Of a stretch of 64,000 nucleotides of DNA, positions 1-9,260 are shown piece after piece (within the stretch, counting starts at the first letter, position 1; the number at the start of each line of letters is the position of its first letter). The notes under the pieces are model-generated. The model made no database searches and was not told where the DNA came from. It saw nothing but the letters and a program-made list of their open reading frames with translations. The position numbers and the translations under genes are program-made. The stretch comes from a virus (Duplodnaviria; Caudoviricetes): IMG/VR virus record IMGVR_UViG_3300032782_000002, one strand, 5' to 3'.

Positions 1-242
1 TGGCCTGACCATTGGTGCCTTCCAGCGCCGCGGCCGCCGTGTACGGATCGACACCGTCCACGGTGCCGGCGCCGAGCACGTGGTGCTGCGCGAGCGCCAT
101 CGCGGCGAGCGAGCGGCCCCCGAAGACGCCCAGCTCCACACAGGTCTTGCCTTCGGTCTCGACTACGAGGCGGGCCATGCGCTTGGCCTTATCGGGGCTG
201 CACCAGCCTTCCATCGAGAGGAAGGTGGTGTCGATCAGCGAG

Positions 243-1166
243 TCAACGAGCGCCAGCCCCTGCATTGTCTTTCTCCGGTAGGAACAGCTGCTCGACAGTA
301 GCCGGCGCGACGACGGCCAGGTGCGCAGTGCGATCGGCCACGCCATACGAGATCACCCAGCGGCCCCGCCACCAGGCCATGCCGGCAGCGTACTCGATGC
401 CGAGCCCCGCGAACACGAAGTCGCGCGAAGCGCCCGTCACGCGGAGCTTGCCGTCGTAGCGCGCGAACCGATGCCAGTAGTGCGCGGCGCCGCCGTACGG
501 TCGCCGCAGCTCGTGAACGATCGAGATGAAGCCCCCGTCCGGATGGGGGATGAGCTGACTGCCACCGCGCCAGTTGTCGCTCAGACGCGCGCTGCCGAGA
601 TCCGACATCCTACGGGTTGTGATGTCGAGGGTGATCGGGGGCCCCTTGGGTGAGAACATGACCCGATCCGATCCATCGAGGACGGGCACCCAGTTCTTGG
701 TGCGCGGTGCGAAGTGCCAGAGATCGGCGACGGCCAGATGCTCGTCGAACACGAACGCGGACAGGTGGAAGTCGAGACCGCTGTTGCCCGTCGTGGCGAT
801 GGCGCCCAGCCGTCCGCTGGACCACACGAATAGCCGCGCGTCCTCGGCGCCGAGCACACCGCAGCGCGCCACGTCGATGCCGCGCACGACGCGTGTGTTG
901 GCGAGCTGCCAGTCGTCGCCGATCTGCCCGAGCACGATCTGCGAGTGCGGCTTGACGGCGCTCAGGTACGCGCGGATGGCGACGTGCAGCGTGCCGTCAC
1001 GCACGAGCAGGGAGGGGTTGAAGAGATCCGCGCCACCCAGGAGCCCGGGGGGCAGGCGCATGGAATGGCACGCCTCGACGGGCAGCAGCCGCGGGGCAGG
1101 CGGGGGCGGCGCCACCCCAAGACGCGCGGCGCGCCGCCGCTCGGCCGGTGAGCGAGCAGGCTTCAC
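243..1166 (-). CDS. Beta-propeller glycoside hydrolase/phosphorylase-like protein (GH43/GH130-like)
   Basis: Motifs FNPS, EDARLF, KNWVP, WRGGSQ, IEYAAG, SYGVAD; GTG start overlaps the stop of the upstream ORF (GTGA). Confidence 0.55.
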   Translation of the reverse strand: MKPARSPAERRRAARLGVAPPPPAPRLLPVEACHSMRLPPGLLGGADLFNPSLLVRDGTLHVAIRAYLSAVKPHSQIVLGQIGDDWQLANTRVVRGIDVARCGVLGAEDARLFVWSSGRLGAIATTGNSGLDFHLSAFVFDEHLAVADLWHFAPRTKNWVPVLDGSDRVMFSPKGPPITLDITTRRMSDLGSARLSDNWRGGSQLIPHPDGGFISIVHELRRPYGGAAHYWHRFARYDGKLRVTGASRDFVFAGLGIEYAAGMAWWRGRWVISYGVADRTAHLAVVAPATVEQLFLPEKDNAGAGAR

Positions 1167-1531
1167 GCCACCTGCCGACGCCGCCGGGCAGTCCGCTCGT
1201 GCTCGGCCTGCTCCAGCTGCTTGTGCAGCTCCGGAGTCATCCACTCCGGCGGGTCGTTGCGCAGAAAGCTCACCTTGTAGTACTGGTCGAACTCGCGACC
1301 GCACGCCGAACAGAACTGCACAGCACGGACAAGGTAGCCCTTGTCGGCCATCACCTGCGCGACGATCTTGTGCTCGCGGCCGACGTGGCCCTTGCACCAG
1401 CGCTTGGTGTCCTTGCTGCGCGCGGGCGGCCCGCTCGTGACGTCGGGGCCATTGTGAACGTGGCGCGCGTCGCGCACGACGATGGCCCGTGCGCGCCAGC
1501 TGTACGTGCCGTCCTTCTTGAGGGTGGCCAT
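1163..1531 (-). CDS. Hypothetical protein with Cys/His motifs
   Basis: ATG start with RBS-like GGGG; coupled to downstream gene. Confidence 0.6.
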   Translation of the reverse strand: MATLKKDGTYSWRARAIVVRDARHVHNGPDVTSGPPARSKDTKRWCKGHVGREHKIVAQVMADKGYLVRAVQFCSACGREFDQYYKVSFLRNDPPEWMTPELHKQLEQAEHERTARRRRQVA

Positions 1532-1543
1532 CCCCCGACTCTA

Positions 1544-1810
1544 CTAGAGGAGGAGGGGCCCGGCTACCCGCTCTGTCACGACCATCAGGCCCACCACGCG
1601 CCGGTTCGCCGAGACCCGTACGCGCTGCACCTTGTGGGTGGTCCACGCCGACTCGTCGAGTGAGCGCTGCTCCAGGTGAAAGACCTCACCGACTTGCGCG
1701 TCGACCCGGTAGCTGTACTCGGCGAGCGCCCGGCGACCACGGGGGTCCTCGTCCTCCATCACGCGCTCGCTGTCGGGGATGTCGGGGCGCCGGCAGATGA
1801 ACTTCGGCAT
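1544..1810 (-). CDS. Hypothetical protein
   Basis: ATG (MPKFICRR) overlaps upstream stop. Confidence 0.55.
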   Translation of the reverse strand: MPKFICRRPDIPDSERVMEDEDPRGRRALAEYSYRVDAQVGEVFHLEQRSLDESAWTTHKVQRVRVSANRRVVGLMVVTERVAGPLLL

Positions 1811-2196
1811 CAGACCTTCTTGAACTTCGGCTGGCCGCACGGCCAGGTGGCCGTCGTGATGGTGTGCTGGGCAACCGGGCAGCTCACGTGGTGGGTCTGT
1901 CCGTCGGGGCAGCCGCTGATGACCTCGGTGGTCGGCGCCTTGACCAGGCTGGCACACGAGCAGGCCGTCGGCTGCTGCACCGTCACAGGATGGGTGGGGC
2001 TGAAGCCGGCGATGCGCAGCGCCAGCTCCAGATCATCGGCGAACTGAGCGTCAATCGCGCGCCGCCGCTGGGCGTACTCCCACAGCAGGTCCTGCGCGGA
2101 CTTGTCGTCGACGCTCAGCGGGACCTTGCCGCGGGGGCACTCGGGGTACTTGTCGCTCTGGAACTTGCCGTCGATCAGATGCGGATGTTCGCTCAC
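1810..2196 (-). CDS. Hypothetical protein
   Basis: GTGA overlap, GC3-rich codons. Confidence 0.55.
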   Translation of the reverse strand: MSEHPHLIDGKFQSDKYPECPRGKVPLSVDDKSAQDLLWEYAQRRRAIDAQFADDLELALRIAGFSPTHPVTVQQPTACSCASLVKAPTTEVISGCPDGQTHHVSCPVAQHTITTATWPCGQPKFKKV

Positions 2197-2402
2197 TGGA
2201 CCTCTCCCTCTCCTGCAGCCAGCTGGCGCTTGCCGCTGCCGGGACACGACTCGTACTTCATGTGCGAGCCGGTGCAGAACGCACGCTCGTGGGGGACCGC
2301 GACGCCCTTGGCGATTCGTACGGAGCGGCCGCACACCGAACAGGGCGCGCGAAGCTCGCCGTGGCAGGCGTCGCACTGGGGACCGAGCATCACGTGCGGC
2401 AT
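2193..2402 (-). CDS. Small zinc-finger-like protein
   Basis: Two CxxC motifs; coupled ORF. Confidence 0.5.
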   Translation of the reverse strand: MPHVMLGPQCDACHGELRAPCSVCGRSVRIAKGVAVPHERAFCTGSHMKYESCPGSGKRQLAAGEGEVQ

Positions 2403-2687
2403 TCAACTCTCCGTGCGCCGTGGGGGCGGCTTCTTGGGCAGGTTCTGCAGGATCGCGGGGGTTGGCACCTCGCGGCCGCGCGGCACACGGCCTGACGACA
2501 CGAGGTTCTCGTACTCGGGCTCGGGCTCGAACTTCTCGCCGCGCAACGCCGCCTCGATCCACTGGCGCTGCTTCTTCGTCAGCGGCCAGCGATCGAGCTT
2601 GTGCTGCATGTCCTCGAAGGCTGCCCGCGCTGCGTCGGACAGATCGTCGCGTTCGAGCACCGCCGCGAGCAGCGCCAGATCCTTCAT
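2403..2687 (-). CDS. Hypothetical protein
   Basis: ATGA overlap with upstream gene. Confidence 0.55.
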   Translation of the reverse strand: MKDLALLAAVLERDDLSDAARAAFEDMQHKLDRWPLTKKQRQWIEAALRGEKFEPEPEYENLVSSGRVPRGREVPTPAILQNLPKKPPPRRTES

Positions 2688-3235
2688 GCGATCTGCAGCG
2701 CCACGCGCAGCTCCTGCTTGCGCTCTTCGAGCGATGAGAACTCCAACCCCCGGACGGTGGCGAACCGGCCGCGCTCCAGAAACGAGATCAGCAGCGTTTC
2801 GTAGATTGTGTGGTACGCGGCGTCCGCGATTCGCGCCGGATCCCCCGCGGTGTCGAAGAAGGACTCTATGCAGCACACGATGATGTGCGTGTAGCGCTCG
2901 CAGCCCTTGCCCGCCGTGTTGAGCGTCGCGGCGTCGATCGCGTGCACGTCGTGCAGCGCGGTGTACGTCAGGTTGTCGAGCGTCGTGCGGTCGGTGACGA
3001 ACGACTCGTGCTCGGCCTCCCAGGCCATCTTAGCAGCGAGCAGGCGCTGCTGGAACTCGGCGCGCTTGCCGGCCTTGTCGACGTCGTATGGCGAGGCGAA
3101 GCCCATCTCTGCGGCGACGCTGCGCGCGCCGATGGGGTTGAGCGGCAGGTTGTAGGAGTGGGCGACCCACTCGGCGAGAGTGGACTTGCCGGTGCCGCTC
3201 GCTCCGGCGAACGCGACGCGCAGGGGAGTCTTCAC
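2684..3235 (-). CDS. NadR/AAA_28-like P-loop kinase
   Basis: Walker A GASGTGKST and FVTDRT motif. Confidence 0.75.
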   Translation of the reverse strand: MKTPLRVAFAGASGTGKSTLAEWVAHSYNLPLNPIGARSVAAEMGFASPYDVDKAGKRAEFQQRLLAAKMAWEAEHESFVTDRTTLDNLTYTALHDVHAIDAATLNTAGKGCERYTHIIVCCIESFFDTAGDPARIADAAYHTIYETLLISFLERGRFATVRGLEFSSLEERKQELRVALQIA

Positions 3236-3582
3236 GGGGCCCCCGCGAAGCCCTGCGTGCCAGCCGGCAGCGGCGGACGGTAGGTGAGCACGGGGCCGAT
3301 GCCGCGCAGGCCGTAGCGGCGCATGGCCGCGATGCGGATCCTAGGGACGAGGGAGATCCTCCTCCAGAACGCTTCGACACACTCCTGCGTGCCGCCGAAC
3401 ATCGCATCGGCGAGCGCCGCCTCGGCGATGGCGCGACTCGTGGCTTCCACGATCGCCTCGATGCACACGCCGCCAGGCGCCAGGCCGCCGTGCGCTTGCG
3501 CGTGCAGCATCACCTGCACCGCCATCAGCCGACCGTCCTTGTCGAGCAGCGATACCAGGGCGTACTTGGTCATCTCAGCCAT
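3232..3582 (-). CDS. Hypothetical protein
   Basis: Coupled ORF. Confidence 0.5.
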   Translation of the reverse strand: MAEMTKYALVSLLDKDGRLMAVQVMLHAQAHGGLAPGGVCIEAIVEATSRAIAEAALADAMFGGTQECVEAFWRRISLVPRIRIAAMRRYGLRGIGPVLTYRPPLPAGTQGFAGAP

Positions 3583-3726
3583 CTACCGACTCCAGTTGAT
3601 CCAGCCGATACCAGACTAGATTACCTCCGTGGTCCACGAGTGCGAGCCCTTCTGCACGCATGGTGATCCACCCGAGCGGCAGGTGGTTGGGGCGGAAGGC
3701 CACCCGCGTGCCCACCGGCAGCTCGA

Positions 3727-3939
3727 TCACCGCTTCCAGCTGCCGTCGGTCATGAAGTCGTGCGCCCATGTCTGGACCACCGGTCCGCCCTCGACGGCCA
3801 CCCAGCCGTCCTTGGTGGCGATGAGATCTACCTGGGCGTCGCCGTCGCCGTACGTGAATGGATGGACGTAGCCAGCCTTCTGGTAGCCGTTGAGGCTCTC
3901 CACCTGCTCGTCGCTCCAGGGCGCATGCACGAGCGCCAT
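3727..3939 (-). CDS. Hypothetical phage protein
   Basis: MALVHAPWSDEQVESLNGYQ; ATG overlaps upstream stop. Confidence 0.55.
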   Translation of the reverse strand: MALVHAPWSDEQVESLNGYQKAGYVHPFTYGDGDAQVDLIATKDGWVAVEGGPVVQTWAHDFMTDGSWKR

Positions 3940-4706
3940 CAGACACCTCCCAGGTGAAGATACTCTGCCGATGACGTGGTGAGCGATCGGCGGTACTGAC
4001 CGCGGCGTCGCTTCGTGATGTCGATCACACGCGCCTTGGGGATGTCGAGGCGCCGGCCTTCGCTCAGACCGACCCGCGCACCGGCCGCGCGCCACTGTTT
4101 GAAGACATGCTCTGCTGAGTGCTGCAGCAGCTCGACGTCGTACCCCTGCCGATCAGCGTACGGTGGATCGAGGTAGACGACCGCGTTCTTGAACGGCCGG
4201 ATGCTGCCGGCATGCGCCTGGCGGATCGCGAACATGGCCGGATCGAGATCGAGCGCCTCGATGCGGTCGCACAGCGACGGGATCGTGGGGATGAAGCCGC
4301 GCACGGACGGTCGCCGCTTGTGCTTGCCCTTGAACCCGCCGATGCCACCGCGCGATGCGGCCGTGACGAAGAGCCAGCGCGCAGCCTCCATCTCCTGCGG
4401 TCCGTAGGTGTACCCGCGCAGCCGCTCCCACCACTCGCGCGTGGCCGGCCATCGGCGCAGATACGACACGACCGCCATGCGTGACGACTCGCACACGAGA
4501 GACCGGAGCACCGCCACGATCGAGGGGTCGCTGTCGACCAGCAGGAACTTGCGCACATCGCGGCGCTCAACCCCGAGCGCCTCGATCACTGCGGCGGCGT
4601 AGCCGGTCTTGGCGCCGATGCGCGACACCGGCGGCTTGTGGCCGAGCAGGTGCAACGACACCGAGGCCAGCCCGGCATACAGCTCGCAGAACACGATCTT
4701 GGCCAT
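3939..4706 (-). CDS. DNA adenine methyltransferase (D12/Dam-like, divergent)
   Basis: ELYAG SAM-binding-like motif; VYLDPPY catalytic motif. Confidence 0.7.
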   Translation of the reverse strand: MAKIVFCELYAGLASVSLHLLGHKPPVSRIGAKTGYAAAVIEALGVERRDVRKFLLVDSDPSIVAVLRSLVCESSRMAVVSYLRRWPATREWWERLRGYTYGPQEMEAARWLFVTAASRGGIGGFKGKHKRRPSVRGFIPTIPSLCDRIEALDLDPAMFAIRQAHAGSIRPFKNAVVYLDPPYADRQGYDVELLQHSAEHVFKQWRAAGARVGLSEGRRLDIPKARVIDITKRRRGQYRRSLTTSSAEYLHLGGV

Positions 4707-5110
4707 CAGCGCTTCGCTCCACCGTCGATGACCGCGAGGCCGCGTGAGGTAAGCCGGGGACCATCGGGAGTGTCGATGATCGTGCCGTCGAGATCGATGT
4801 TGGTGTGGCCGATGACGTACTTGCTCGCATTGGGCCCTGGGAGAATGACCCAACCAAACAGCTTGGTCCGGGTGACGCGCATGATCTCGTGCCACTCTTG
4901 CGTGATGTCGCGCTCCGGCTTGGGGTCGATCTGCTCGATACGCAGGGTGAGTGTCACGCACGGCTGCCGGCCGTTCTTGCGCGGTAGCCTGCCAGCCGAT
5001 GTGCCTGGAGCCACGCTCCAGTCCCGGTGCACGAACGCCGCCACCACCTTGTCGACGTAGGCCGCCGACAGCAGGTAGGCGATCAGGTAGTAGGAGGGCG
5101 GATCGCTCAT
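4706..5110 (-). CDS. Hypothetical protein
   Basis: Coupled ORF. Confidence 0.5.
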   Translation of the reverse strand: MSDPPSYYLIAYLLSAAYVDKVVAAFVHRDWSVAPGTSAGRLPRKNGRQPCVTLTLRIEQIDPKPERDITQEWHEIMRVTRTKLFGWVILPGPNASKYVIGHTNIDLDGTIIDTPDGPRLTSRGLAVIDGGAKR

Positions 5111-5112
5111 CG

Positions 5113-5628
5113 TCACGTCGCTGTGAGGAAGTGGTGGACGCTGGCGTTCCAGCGGGCGTCGCGCAGCGCGTGATGCCCACCGGGCTTGTCGGGGAGCTTG
5201 GGGTTGCCCTTGTCGACGCAGAGCTGCTTCAGCTCGTGGAACCACTTGGGCCATTCCTTGGGCAGCCCGAGGAGCTTGCCGCCCATCAGCTGGTAGAAGG
5301 CCACCCAGTCGGACGCGCCGTAGTAGGCCCAGAACTCGGTCGGCGCCGTGGCGGGCATTGGATGCGCGAGCGTGCCGTGGGGGTAGAAGAAGCGCTGGAT
5401 GGCGGTGCGCATGTGAACGCGATCCATCCAGGCCGGATCGCTCCACGGAGGCAACTCGGGGAGCACGTTGGCGCGCATCCAGTCGTCGCGCGCGACGCGC
5501 CCGAGATCGGCGTCGAGGTTGCAAGCGTAGAACTCGCGCCCGTCCTGGCCTACGAGCCCGAGGGACACGAGTTCGATGTGCTTGTCGTCTTCGAGAAACT
5601 CGGTGTCGAGGAAGTAACGCATGCTCAC
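5113..5628 (-). CDS. DEDD 3'-5' exoribonuclease (Rv2179c/RNase AS-like)
   Basis: YFLDTEF, YYGASDW and HHALRDA motifs. Confidence 0.8.
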   Translation of the reverse strand: MSMRYFLDTEFLEDDKHIELVSLGLVGQDGREFYACNLDADLGRVARDDWMRANVLPELPPWSDPAWMDRVHMRTAIQRFFYPHGTLAHPMPATAPTEFWAYYGASDWVAFYQLMGGKLLGLPKEWPKWFHELKQLCVDKGNPKLPDKPGGHHALRDARWNASVHHFLTAT

Positions 5629-6077
5629 CTCAGGGGGTTGAGGGTCTCGTCGGCGGTCTCGGGATCCTGGGGTGGTGGAGGGGGCGGATCGCCGTTGACG
5701 ATCCAGTCACGCAACTTGCGCGTCCGCCGCCACAACTTCAAGCCCATCTCCTGCACGCCAAGACCGCCGACAATCAAACAACCGATCGTCGCCCCGACAG
5801 GCCACGTCGCTGCGATGAAGAGCCACTTGCACTTGGCAACGCCGCCCTCCTCAGTGGTCACGACCGCGCCGGACAGCACCAGCCCGATGACCACATAGGC
5901 CGCTTCGAGGGCTATGTGGGCGTCCATGGATGCCTGCCGCCAGGTGCACACGCGCCAGATCGTGACGGCCACCACGACGAATGTAGCGGGCGGGCCGATG
6001 AGGAGAAGAACACGCCCTACAGCAGCAAGAGGGTGCGCGTCGGGGATCGCGGGGCCAGTGCGGTACGGTTGCTTCAT
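5625..6077 (-). CDS. Membrane protein
   Basis: Several hydrophobic segments; ATGA overlap. Confidence 0.5.
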   Translation of the reverse strand: MKQPYRTGPAIPDAHPLAAVGRVLLLIGPPATFVVVAVTIWRVCTWRQASMDAHIALEAAYVVIGLVLSGAVVTTEEGGVAKCKWLFIAATWPVGATIGCLIVGGLGVQEMGLKLWRRTRKLRDWIVNGDPPPPPPQDPETADETLNPLR

Positions 6078-6454
6078 CGGGGGTCTCCCAGCGCCGCGTC
6101 GAATGCGGCTGCCATCTTGCGGTACGTCTCGGGCTCGGGCAGCTCGTCCAGCTCGCGCGTCGCCTGCGCGGTCGCGATGCGGAAGATCGCGTGGCGGTGC
6201 CACGGATCCTTGAAGCCGATCAGCAAGTCGCGCAGTCCGTCCAGAAGCATGGACTCGGCCGTGCGATGGACGCCGAAGACCGGATCGTAGTCTTCGAGCG
6301 CGCGGATGGTTGCGGGAGTGCGGTGCTCGCGCAGCGCCTTGCGATAGGCCGCGTGATAGCGACTTCCCCACGCGATGAACTCGCGGCGTCGCTCGGCGAG
6401 GGCGAGCAGCAGCCCGCGATTGAGCAGCGCGTCCTGCGTCGCCCCGGTTGTCAT
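6074..6454 (-). CDS. Hypothetical protein
   Basis: ATGA overlap. Confidence 0.5.
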   Translation of the reverse strand: MTTGATQDALLNRGLLLALAERRREFIAWGSRYHAAYRKALREHRTPATIRALEDYDPVFGVHRTAESMLLDGLRDLLIGFKDPWHRHAIFRIATAQATRELDELPEPETYRKMAAAFDAALGDPR

Positions 6455-6780
6455 GACGCCTGCACCAGGCCCGCCAGCGGATCGCCCAGCCCATCGTCGA
6501 TTGCGCGCTGCCGCCACCGCTCGGCTGCCACGAAGTACGGCGTGGCGTCCTTGACGCTGGTCTTGGCGGCCAGCTCGCCGATCGCGCGCTGCTGGACGGC
6601 CAGGTAGCGCACCGACGGATCCTTCTCGATCTCCTGCCCCGGTCTGTACTCCTGCCAGATCGCGTCACGGATGGCCCTACGCAGCGAGAACCAGTGCGTG
6701 CGGCACATCAGCATGCGTTCGGGTACCGGCAGCTTGCAGCCGTGTGCGTGGCAGGTGTGGCGGTGACGTGCGGCGGCCAT
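6451..6780 (-). CDS. Cys/His-rich phage protein
   Basis: HTCHAHGC...MCRTHW motif; coupled. Confidence 0.6.
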   Translation of the reverse strand: MAAARHRHTCHAHGCKLPVPERMLMCRTHWFSLRRAIRDAIWQEYRPGQEIEKDPSVRYLAVQQRAIGELAAKTSVKDATPYFVAAERWRQRAIDDGLGDPLAGLVQAS

Positions 6781-7205
6781 CAGGGCTCCTCGCGGTCCGT
6801 GTCGAGCGGGCAGTGGCGCCCGGAGCGCGCGGGCTCGCCGTCGCGATTCTGGGGGCACTCGGGCCACTCGCAGTAGTCATCGTCGTCCGCCTGGCAGAGC
6901 GTCATGCAGCGCCTCGACGCGCTGTAGTTCGCCCGCGTGGGAAGCACCTGCAGCTGGTCGGGGCGGTACGCGTATCGCAGACCGCTCGGCTCCCACCGGA
7001 CATCGACCTCGGGGCCCGACGTCGCGCCGTAGCTGGTCGGGCCCTGCACGACGCCTACGCAGTGGCCGAACTCGGCGAGGTGCGCCTTCGAACAACGCGT
7101 GCACGTCTCGTCGTCGGTGCCGTCCACGTGGCCTTCCGACGTACACGCCCCCATCAGCTCGCGCTTGAGGGTGTCTCGCATGACGACGCGTGTTCCGGCC
7201 TTCAT
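6780..7205 (-). CDS. Hypothetical Cys-rich protein
   Basis: Coupled ORF. Confidence 0.55.
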   Translation of the reverse strand: MKAGTRVVMRDTLKRELMGACTSEGHVDGTDDETCTRCSKAHLAEFGHCVGVVQGPTSYGATSGPEVDVRWEPSGLRYAYRPDQLQVLPTRANYSASRRCMTLCQADDDDYCEWPECPQNRDGEPARSGRHCPLDTDREEP

Positions 7206-7508
7206 CTAGTCCTCGTCGATGACGTGCACCAGCGGCTCCTCGGGCGGGCACAACGTCTGGATCCACTGGCTGGTCTTCTCGTCGTGCAGATCGAGGCCGG
7301 TGTACTCGCGGATGTCGACCGCGTGGACTGGCGCGAAGCCCGGCTTGCGTCCGCGCTGCTGGTAGTCCTGCCAGCGCATGTGAAGCCGCCCCGCCGCGAA
7401 GAGTACATCCATGTCGAAGATCTTGCCGGGACGAAACCAGTCCAAGATGTAGCGGCGCATCTGGGGCGGCATGCCGCGCAGATCTGGACGGGCGAACATG
7501 ATGGACAT
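7206..7508 (-). CDS. Hypothetical protein
   Basis: Abutting ORF. Confidence 0.5.
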   Translation of the reverse strand: MSIMFARPDLRGMPPQMRRYILDWFRPGKIFDMDVLFAAGRLHMRWQDYQQRGRKPGFAPVHAVDIREYTGLDLHDEKTSQWIQTLCPPEEPLVHVIDED

Positions 7509-7514
7509 GGTAGC

Positions 7515-8060
7515 TCAGTGGGTAGGCTCGCCGGTCGTCGAGCAGTCGATGCAGTCGCACTGCGCGACGAGCTTGTCGAGGACGGGCTCGTAGAAGGACT
7601 TGAAAGGCGACTGCGCCAGAAACGCTTGCGTCGTCATCCACGCGACAGGGCAGCCCTCCTCCATCTCGCGAGGCTCGCCGAACGCCGTCACGGCGAACAC
7701 GTAGACGACTGCCGCACGGCCCTCGCGACGGATGACCTCGGCCTGGATGTCGTGGGGCCCACAGTAGAGGAGGTGGGCGCGCTCGGTAAGCATGCCGGTC
7801 TCTTCCTCCAGCTCCCGCTTCTGGGCATCCTGGGGCGACTCGCCGGGCTCGACCTTGCCGCCTGGCATCGCCCAGCCGTTGTAGCGGTGGTTCCAGACGC
7901 AGAGCAGACGGGGCTCACCGTCCGAGTGATCGAGAATGAGCGAGACGGCCGCGCAGCGACGGGGATCGCTGCCTGCCTTGGGGCAGATGGCGGAGTGGTA
8001 GGGGTACTCGGGGAGCCCCGCGCCGCAGCTGCAAGCCGTCTCGCTCATCGGGGTGCTCAC
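7515..8060 (-). CDS. NUDIX hydrolase
   Basis: Nudix box GGKVEPGESPQDAQKRELEEETG. Confidence 0.9.
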   Translation of the reverse strand: MSTPMSETACSCGAGLPEYPYHSAICPKAGSDPRRCAAVSLILDHSDGEPRLLCVWNHRYNGWAMPGGKVEPGESPQDAQKRELEEETGMLTERAHLLYCGPHDIQAEVIRREGRAAVVYVFAVTAFGEPREMEEGCPVAWMTTQAFLAQSPFKSFYEPVLDKLVAQCDCIDCSTTGEPTH

Positions 8061-8368
8061 TCGGCCGGATAGGCAGCCGACACGGGACCCTTGGCGGGGA
8101 TCGCGGGGCCGCTGGTGTGGTTGCGCTCGGCCTGCTGCTGCAGGTTGTCGATCTCGCTCTCGATGTCGAGGACCTTGTTGTCCGCCTTGGTGACCTTCTC
8201 GCGGACGATCCGCAACACGCGCTGCGCCGCGGCGACAGCCTTGTCCGCCGCGATTGCCCGCTTGTTCGCTGCCGCGACCTCCTTCTCCGCCGCCTTGCTC
8301 TTCGTCCTGGCGACGGCGAGCTTCTTCTTGAGGGTTGCCAGCTTCTTCTTGACCTTCTTGTCGCTCAT
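8057..8368 (-). CDS. Basic coiled-coil protein
   Basis: Lys/Ala-rich heptads; coupled. Confidence 0.55.
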   Translation of the reverse strand: MSDKKVKKKLATLKKKLAVARTKSKAAEKEVAAANKRAIAADKAVAAAQRVLRIVREKVTKADNKVLDIESEIDNLQQQAERNHTSGPAIPAKGPVSAAYPAE

Positions 8369-8384
8369 GGGATGTGCCTGTCTC

Positions 8385-9260
8385 CTAGGTGATGATCAAC
8401 TCCGAAACCTTGCCGCGCTTGGCGCCCTTGCTGTTGATGTTGCGGCGCGCCTGCACCGAGTGAAGCGTGAAGCCGCGCGCGTAGAGCTTGCGCACGATCG
8501 GCGTGTCGCTGTTGGAGAGCACGACGGTAACGCCAATCTTCTTGAGCGCCAGAGCGACCTCGGCGAGGCGCGCCTGCTCGTCGGGTCCGAAGGGCGCCTT
8601 GGTGTAGGCCGTGAAGTCGGCGGTATCGCTCGCCGGCACGTAGGGTGGATCGAAGTAGACGATGTCGCCGCGCTTGGCGAGAGCGACGGTGCGCTCGAAG
8701 TCCTCGCTCGTGAGCTTGACGCCACGCAGCGCGAGACCCGCACTGCGAATGTTGTACGCGTCGCAGACCGTGCGGCGGCCAGTGCGCGAGCCGTCGTACG
8801 GCACGTTGAAGCCGCCCTTGCGGTTGACGCGCCACAGCCCGTTGTAGCAAGTCTTGTTGAGGTAGATCATCCAGGCCGCGCCGGTGCTCGGAGTCGTGAT
8901 CCAGTGGCGGCTCTGACCGCTGGCGTACTGCAGGTTGAACGCCTCGCGCAGCTTGTAGTACTGGGCCTCGGTGTCGGGGATGCTGAGGAGCACCCGGATG
9001 ACGCGAGGGGCGTCGGTGCGGACGGCGCGCATGGTCTCGATGAGCGCGCGGTTGGTGTCGCCGAGCACAGCGCGCGGCGCGGGCCGCAGGCCGAAGAACA
9101 CCGCCGCGGCGCCGCAGAACGGCTCGAAGAATGTGCCCGTCGGGCGGCTGGGGATGTACTTGCGCAGCTCTTCGAGGAGCTGTCCCTTGCCACCTGCCCA
9201 CTTGAGGAACGGACCGGCGCGATCGTCGTCGTCGGCATGAATCGGTGCAGCGCTCGTCAT
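8385..9260 (-). CDS. dam: Dam-family DNA adenine methyltransferase
   Basis: PFLKWAGGK, EPFCG, YLNKTCYNGLWRVN, YFDPPY, LSNS motifs. Confidence 0.9.
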   Translation of the reverse strand: MTSAAPIHADDDDRAGPFLKWAGGKGQLLEELRKYIPSRPTGTFFEPFCGAAAVFFGLRPAPRAVLGDTNRALIETMRAVRTDAPRVIRVLLSIPDTEAQYYKLREAFNLQYASGQSRHWITTPSTGAAWMIYLNKTCYNGLWRVNRKGGFNVPYDGSRTGRRTVCDAYNIRSAGLALRGVKLTSEDFERTVALAKRGDIVYFDPPYVPASDTADFTAYTKAPFGPDEQARLAEVALALKKIGVTVVLSNSDTPIVRKLYARGFTLHSVQARRNINSKGAKRGKVSELIIT